NCBI GenBank assembly: GCA_023250035.1
Contig: JAHFBK010000002.1
Span: 1-43,855, forward strand
Origin: Candidatus Dadabacteria bacterium
GTDB taxonomy: Bacteria > Desulfobacterota_D > UBA1144 > Nemesobacterales > CSP1-2
DNA length: 43,855 nucleotides
Reading direction: 5' to 3'
The position numbers and the translations under genes were made by a program. Positions 39,895 through 43,855 of the stretch are shown one piece after another. The notes under the pieces are model-generated. The model was not told the origin of the DNA and did not search any database. It worked only from the letters and a program-made list of their open reading frames with translations. Numbering within the stretch: the first letter of the stretch is position 1; every line of letters begins with the position of its first letter.

Positions 39895-41367
39895 TTGCAA
39901 CTGGGGAGTAAACAAATAGCTAAAATCATGGTTGTTGAAGATGAAAGTATTGTCGCTAAGGACATACAAAACAGATTGAAGAGGTTGGGATATAAAGTTA
40001 ATGATATTGTGTCTTCCGGAGAGGAAGCTATTAGTAAGGCAGCCGAGACGCAGCCGGATTTAGTACTCATGGACATTGTGTTAAAGGGAGAAATTGACGG
40101 TATCGAGGCTGCTAAACAGATTAATACACTTTTTAATGTCCCAATAGTGTATCTTACTGCTTATGCTGATGATAGCACAATTCAACGAGCTAAAATAACG
40201 GAACCATTTGGATATATTCTTAAGCCATTTCAAACAAAAGAATTACACTCCGCTATTCAGATAGCTCTATACAAGCATGAAATAGAAAAAAAATTAAAAG
40301 AGAAGAAAAGCTGGTTTGCTACAACACTTAAAAGTATAAATGACGCCGTGATTCTCACCGATACAAGAGGATCAGTAACTTATATGAACGTCTCAGCAGA
40401 AGCGCTGACTGGTTGGAGATGGGAAGATACTATAGGTAAAGATCTGGGAGAAGTATTTCATATCATAAACCAAGAAACACGTACAATAATTGAAAACCCT
40501 GTGACAAAGGCGATTCTTGAAACCCTGGTAGTCAGTCCCCAGAGTCATATAATTCTAATTTCCAAGGATAGAAGAGAAACAATAATTTCGTTAAGTGCCG
40601 CTCCCATTAGGGATGATGTAGGAAAAATCAAAGGTGTCGTTTTTGTTTTCCGTGAAGTAATTGATCACAAAAGAGCGGAAACCGAATTTCTTAAATCTCA
40701 AAAACTTGAATCAAGGATGACTAATGAGTTTAAAAATGCCCATATTAGACTGATGATCGTAACTCCTTCCTCTGTTGTTCGTCAGGGGGTACGCAAGATG
40801 CTTGAATCCGAAAAATATATAGAGATAATAGCAGAGATTTCAAATTACCAAGATATATTATCAATCATTGAACAAAATAAGCCAGATCTTTTGTTTGTTG
40901 ATAAGACACTACCTAGTCTAAATATGTTGGAAATCTTAAGCTCAATCCGTGATAAAAGCCCTACGACAAAAGTACTTTTATTGCTACATAGCTTTGATGA
41001 AGATTTTATTATGAATGCTTTATCTTTGGGTGCACGTGGTTACTTAACAGATACGTCAAACGCGGATCAGTTTATTCAAGCAGTTAGGGCTTTGAGTAAA
41101 GAGGAGATTTGGGGGGAGGTCGAAATTATAACAAAGCTCCTAACTCGACTTTTACATTCTAAAAAAGGTAGTTCTATAGTACCAAGACCACACCTTACAA
41201 AAAGAGAAGACGAGGTTGTAAAGTTAATCATCCAGGGATATTCTAACAAGCAAGTTTCTGAGAAGCTATTTATAAGTGAGAAAACAGTAAAGTCCCACTT
41301 GAATAACGTGTATAAAAAGCTCGGATTAAGCAATAGACTTCAACTTGTCGCGGACTTCCTTGGCTAG
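39895..41367 (+). CDS. Response regulator REC-PAS-REC-LuxR HTH
   Basis: VVEDE..LVLMDI..YLTA..KPF; PAS domain; second REC with LFVD; LTKREDEV..GYSNK..LFISEKTVKSH; TTG after SD ggagg. Confidence 0.9.
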   Translation: MQLGSKQIAKIMVVEDESIVAKDIQNRLKRLGYKVNDIVSSGEEAISKAAETQPDLVLMDIVLKGEIDGIEAAKQINTLFNVPIVYLTAYADDSTIQRAKITEPFGYILKPFQTKELHSAIQIALYKHEIEKKLKEKKSWFATTLKSINDAVILTDTRGSVTYMNVSAEALTGWRWEDTIGKDLGEVFHIINQETRTIIENPVTKAILETLVVSPQSHIILISKDRRETIISLSAAPIRDDVGKIKGVVFVFREVIDHKRAETEFLKSQKLESRMTNEFKNAHIRLMIVTPSSVVRQGVRKMLESEKYIEIIAEISNYQDILSIIEQNKPDLLFVDKTLPSLNMLEILSSIRDKSPTTKVLLLLHSFDEDFIMNALSLGARGYLTDTSNADQFIQAVRALSKEEIWGEVEIITKLLTRLLHSKKGSSIVPRPHLTKREDEVVKLIIQGYSNKQVSEKLFISEKTVKSHLNNVYKKLGLSNRLQLVADFLG

Positions 41368-41402
41368 GGAATGTCTTACCTAGTCCTAGGGCTGAAATCC
41401 GT

Positions 41403-42257
41403 CTAAAACCCTTTAGAATTCTTTGCAGATGAAAATGTATTCCATAGAAGCATAGCAATTGTCATGGGGCCTACTCCGCCTGGGACAGGCGTAATAAATG
41501 CGGCTTTGTTACGAACGTTTTCAAAATCCACATCACCTGCAAGCTTTCCGTCGGGAAGACGGTTTATACCTACATCAATCACAACCGCGCCTTCTTTTAC
41601 CATGTCTTCTGTGATAAGTCTTGCGCGTCCAATTGCAGCCACTAAAATATCAGCCCTCCTTGTAACCTCCCCAAGTGATTTAGTCCTCGAATGACATATT
41701 GTAACAGTTGCATGTCGGTGTAGAAGAAGAAGCGAGACGGGTTTTCCTACTATATTGCTCCTTCCTACTACAACTGCTTCTTTCCCCTGTATTTCTATTC
41801 CGTAGTAATCTAAGAGTTTGATTACGCCGTGCGGGGTACAGGGGATAAATCTAGGATTTCCTTCTACGAGAAGTCCTACGTTTTCAGGATGAAATCCATC
41901 GATGTCTTTTAATGGGGAGACGGTTCTTAGGATTCTTGCTTCATTAATCTGTTTGGGAAGAGGAAGCTGAACGAGTATCCCATGGATTTTTTCATCGTGA
42001 TTTAACTTTTCAATAAGTGTAAGTAAATCGCTTTCTGCAGTTTCTTCTGGAAGCTTATATTCTTCCGAGTAAATGCTAACCTCTTCACAGGCTTTTCTCT
42101 TATTTTTTACATAGATTTGAGATGCAGGGTTATCACCCACAAGCACAGCCGCGAGCCCAGGGACTAATCCTGTTTCCCTCTTGAGCTTATTTACCTCTTC
42201 TGCAATCCCTTTCCTCAGGTGTTCTGCAACCATTTTACCGTCTATTATTTTTGCCAT
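41403..42257 (-). CDS. folD: Methylenetetrahydrofolate dehydrogenase/cyclohydrolase
   Basis: YVKNK, GILVQLPLP, KDIDGFH, PCTP, GRSNIVGKP, TPVPGGVGPMT. Confidence 0.97.
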   Translation of the reverse strand: MAKIIDGKMVAEHLRKGIAEEVNKLKRETGLVPGLAAVLVGDNPASQIYVKNKRKACEEVSIYSEEYKLPEETAESDLLTLIEKLNHDEKIHGILVQLPLPKQINEARILRTVSPLKDIDGFHPENVGLLVEGNPRFIPCTPHGVIKLLDYYGIEIQGKEAVVVGRSNIVGKPVSLLLLHRHATVTICHSRTKSLGEVTRRADILVAAIGRARLITEDMVKEGAVVIDVGINRLPDGKLAGDVDFENVRNKAAFITPVPGGVGPMTIAMLLWNTFSSAKNSKGF

Positions 42258-42291
42258 GGTAGGCTTCTTCCTTCCTTCTAGTAATTAATTT

Positions 42292-42405
42292 AGCCACAAA
42301 GACTCGAAGAAATAAATAGTTTTTTGTTACTAGTGCTTAGTTGTTAGATTAAAAACTAACAACTACAAATTAAACACTTCTTAGTGCCTTCGTGCCTTAG
42401 TGGCT
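42292..42405. repeat. AGCCAC...GTGGCT element with a nested heptad hairpin
   Basis: agccacaaag/cttagtggct ends; inner tagttgttag/ctaacaacta stem. Confidence 0.7.
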
Positions 42406-42413
42406 GGATATAT

Positions 42414-43214
42414 CTACTCTAATTTCCAGAAATGATTTAGGGGCCCGTGCCCCTTACCTAAATTGAAAGAATTTCTTATAGCCTCTGTAACATAGTCTTT
42501 TGCCTGCCTTATGGCTTCTCTCGCGTTTAGTCCCTTTGCAAGCCCTGCACAAATAGCGGCGGAATAGGTACATCCTGTGCCGTGAGTATTTTTGGTTTTT
42601 ATTCTCGGTGAAGGAAAGTCATAAAAATCCTTCCCATCATATAGAATATCTATCGCTTCAGATGACCACTTAAGATGCCCACCCTTCACAAGAACATACT
42701 CGCAGCCAATTGATTTTATTCTTCTTGCTGCTTCTCTCATATCATCAAGTGATGAGACCTTTATCCCCGAAAGCACTTCGGATTCAGGAATATTAGGGGT
42801 AACAACAAAGGCTAATGGCAGAAGCTCTTCTAATAGCGTCCTTTCTGCTTCATGTTTTAGAAGCACATCCCCGCTTTTTGCCCTCATTACTGGGTCTATT
42901 ACCAGTTTTTTGATTCCGTATTGTTTAATCTTTTCTGCGACGGCTGAAATGATTTTCTCATTTGAAAGCATCCCTGTTTTTGCAGCGTCAACCCCAATGT
43001 CATTTAATACTGCTTCAATCTGTAGTTTTACAAAATCGGGTGGTAAATCGTAAATTCCTGAAACTGACTCGGTGTTTTGAGCGGTAATGGAAGTAAGGAC
43101 TGACATACCAAAGACCTTAAATGCTGTAAAGGTCTTTAAGTCAGCTTGAATTCCTGCCCCTCCCCCTGAATCAGAACCTGCGATTGTTAGCGCTCTCGGA
43201 ATTTTTTCACTCAC
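42414..43214 (-). CDS. thiD: Hydroxymethylpyrimidine/phosphomethylpyrimidine kinase; start GTG 43214 or ATG 43235
   Basis: LTIAGSDSGGGAGIQADLKT, KTGML, DPVM, TPNIPE, KGGH, THGTGC. Confidence 0.95.
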   Translation of the reverse strand: MSEKIPRALTIAGSDSGGGAGIQADLKTFTAFKVFGMSVLTSITAQNTESVSGIYDLPPDFVKLQIEAVLNDIGVDAAKTGMLSNEKIISAVAEKIKQYGIKKLVIDPVMRAKSGDVLLKHEAERTLLEELLPLAFVVTPNIPESEVLSGIKVSSLDDMREAARRIKSIGCEYVLVKGGHLKWSSEAIDILYDGKDFYDFPSPRIKTKNTHGTGCTYSAAICAGLAKGLNAREAIRQAKDYVTEAIRNSFNLGKGHGPLNHFWKLE

Positions 43215-43367
43215 CGAATTTAATATTACAGGCATTTGGGTGAGTTTCAAATTAATATTTGCCCGAGAGGGCACAGAGGAAATAGAGAGATTTTTTATTC
43301 AATAAACACTCTGTGTTCTATATGGCTCGATGCCGAATCACGCCATGGCTCATGCTTTGGGCTGTTC

Positions 43368-43397
43368 TTGACAGTCTGGCTGTAATCTAAGTAGAAT
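43368..43397 (+). promoter_or_regulatory. Sigma70-type promoter of tRNA-Val
   Basis: ttgaca-18 nt-tagaat. Confidence 0.6.
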
Positions 43398-43418
43398 AAA
43401 TCCTTACGATTTTGGTAT

Positions 43419-43493
43419 GAGCGCGTAGCTCAGGGGGAGAGCGCTTGCTTGACGCGCAAGAGGTCGCAGGTTCAAATCCTGCCGCGCTCACCA
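43419..43493 (+). tRNA. tRNA-Val(GAC)
   Basis: Acceptor gagcgcg/cgcgctc, anticodon arm cttgc-ttGACgc-gcaag, T-loop ggttcaaatcc, encoded CCA. Confidence 0.96.
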
Positions 43494-43504
43494 TTTATTA
43501 GAAT

Positions 43505-43722
43505 TTAGCCACAAATTGACACAAACGGACACGAATGAAAAGAGTAAGCTATTAGCTATCAGTAATCAGCCCTTAATAATAGCGTTAGGGGTAAATCGTA
43601 AGGCGTTAGGGGTCACGAAATATGCCCTTTTGTCCCTTTTACGCTCTCACGCCTTACGCTTCTAACTAATGTCCGAGGCTGGTTGTTAATTTTGTGTAAA
43701 TTCGAGTTCAATCCGTGGCTAA
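43505..43722. repeat. AGCCAC...GTGGCT element with nested hairpins
   Basis: ttagccacaaattga/tcaatccgtggctaa ends; inner perfect cgtaaggcgt (43597)/acgccttacg (43649). Confidence 0.75.
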
Positions 43723-43741
43723 TATTACGTCTTTTATAAAC

Positions 43742-43855
43742 ATGAGTGAGATACGAATAAAGCTTCCAGACGGAGAGATAAAAGGCTTTCCGAAGGGAAT
43801 AACTATTGGAGAGATATTTAGATCCCTTGGAATTAGAGATAGTGTAATCGGCGCT
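43742..43855 (+). CDS. thrS: Threonyl-tRNA synthetase, N-terminal TGS domain (runs off the window)
   Basis: MSEIRIKLPDGEIKGFPKGITIGEI..VIGA is TGS-like; follows tRNA-Val. Confidence 0.75.
   Translation, partial: MSEIRIKLPDGEIKGFPKGITIGEIFRSLGIRDSVIGA

Noticed and set aside
32494-42257. phhB, folK and folD as a pterin/folate operon
   Set aside because: They lie on different strands and are separated by unrelated genes; proximity alone is not evidence
43215-43410. TPP riboswitch upstream of thiD
   Set aside because: No CTGAGA or ACCTGA core on the minus strand; the region holds a degenerate repeat and the tRNA promoter
43419-43493. tRNA-Val as an integration site
   Set aside because: I saw no duplicated tRNA 3' end and no integrase in the window
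43494-43741. T-box leader before thrS
   Set aside because: No GGTGGNACC T-box motif; the structure is explained by nested repeats

Overview
Bacterial chromosomal segment, AT-rich with strongly purine-loaded coding strands. Gene order is delta-proteobacterial-like (maf-yggS-proC-yggT-yggU; tRNA-Val directly before thrS); Ca. Dadabacteria is a guess I cannot verify. Most genes are housekeeping: M50-CBS protease, maf, yggS, proC, yggT, yggU, npdG, yjbQ, mutS, yraN, CIRCE-controlled groES-groEL, speB, cofC, pncB, an AMMECR1 protein, ppiD, smc, secA, moxR, phhB, folK, folD, thiD, tRNA-Val(GAC) and the 5' end of thrS. Accessory content: (i) a coupled three-gene module (TIGR04255-like protein, helical protein, putative Cys-His papain-like protein) in an island between yraN and groES, the best candidate for an undescribed system; (ii) an IS1380-like remnant beside a secreted acidic HExxH metalloprotease; (iii) a 5'-truncated HerA-like ATPase remnant; (iv) a 1677-aa 5xPAS/4xGAF HisKA_2 kinase with a chimeric REC-PAS-REC-LuxR partner. 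Non-coding signals: a phased DnaA-box array at the end of folK with no dnaA nearby, NrdR-like boxes before smc, and several palindromic repeat families. One ~22-nt TTCGAC..GCTCA micro-element nests inside other repeats and has also inserted in frame into the kinase gene. SecA carries a ~45-50 aa insert resembling the Thermotogales/Aquificales signature. All family assignments come from motif recognition only; no searches were run.
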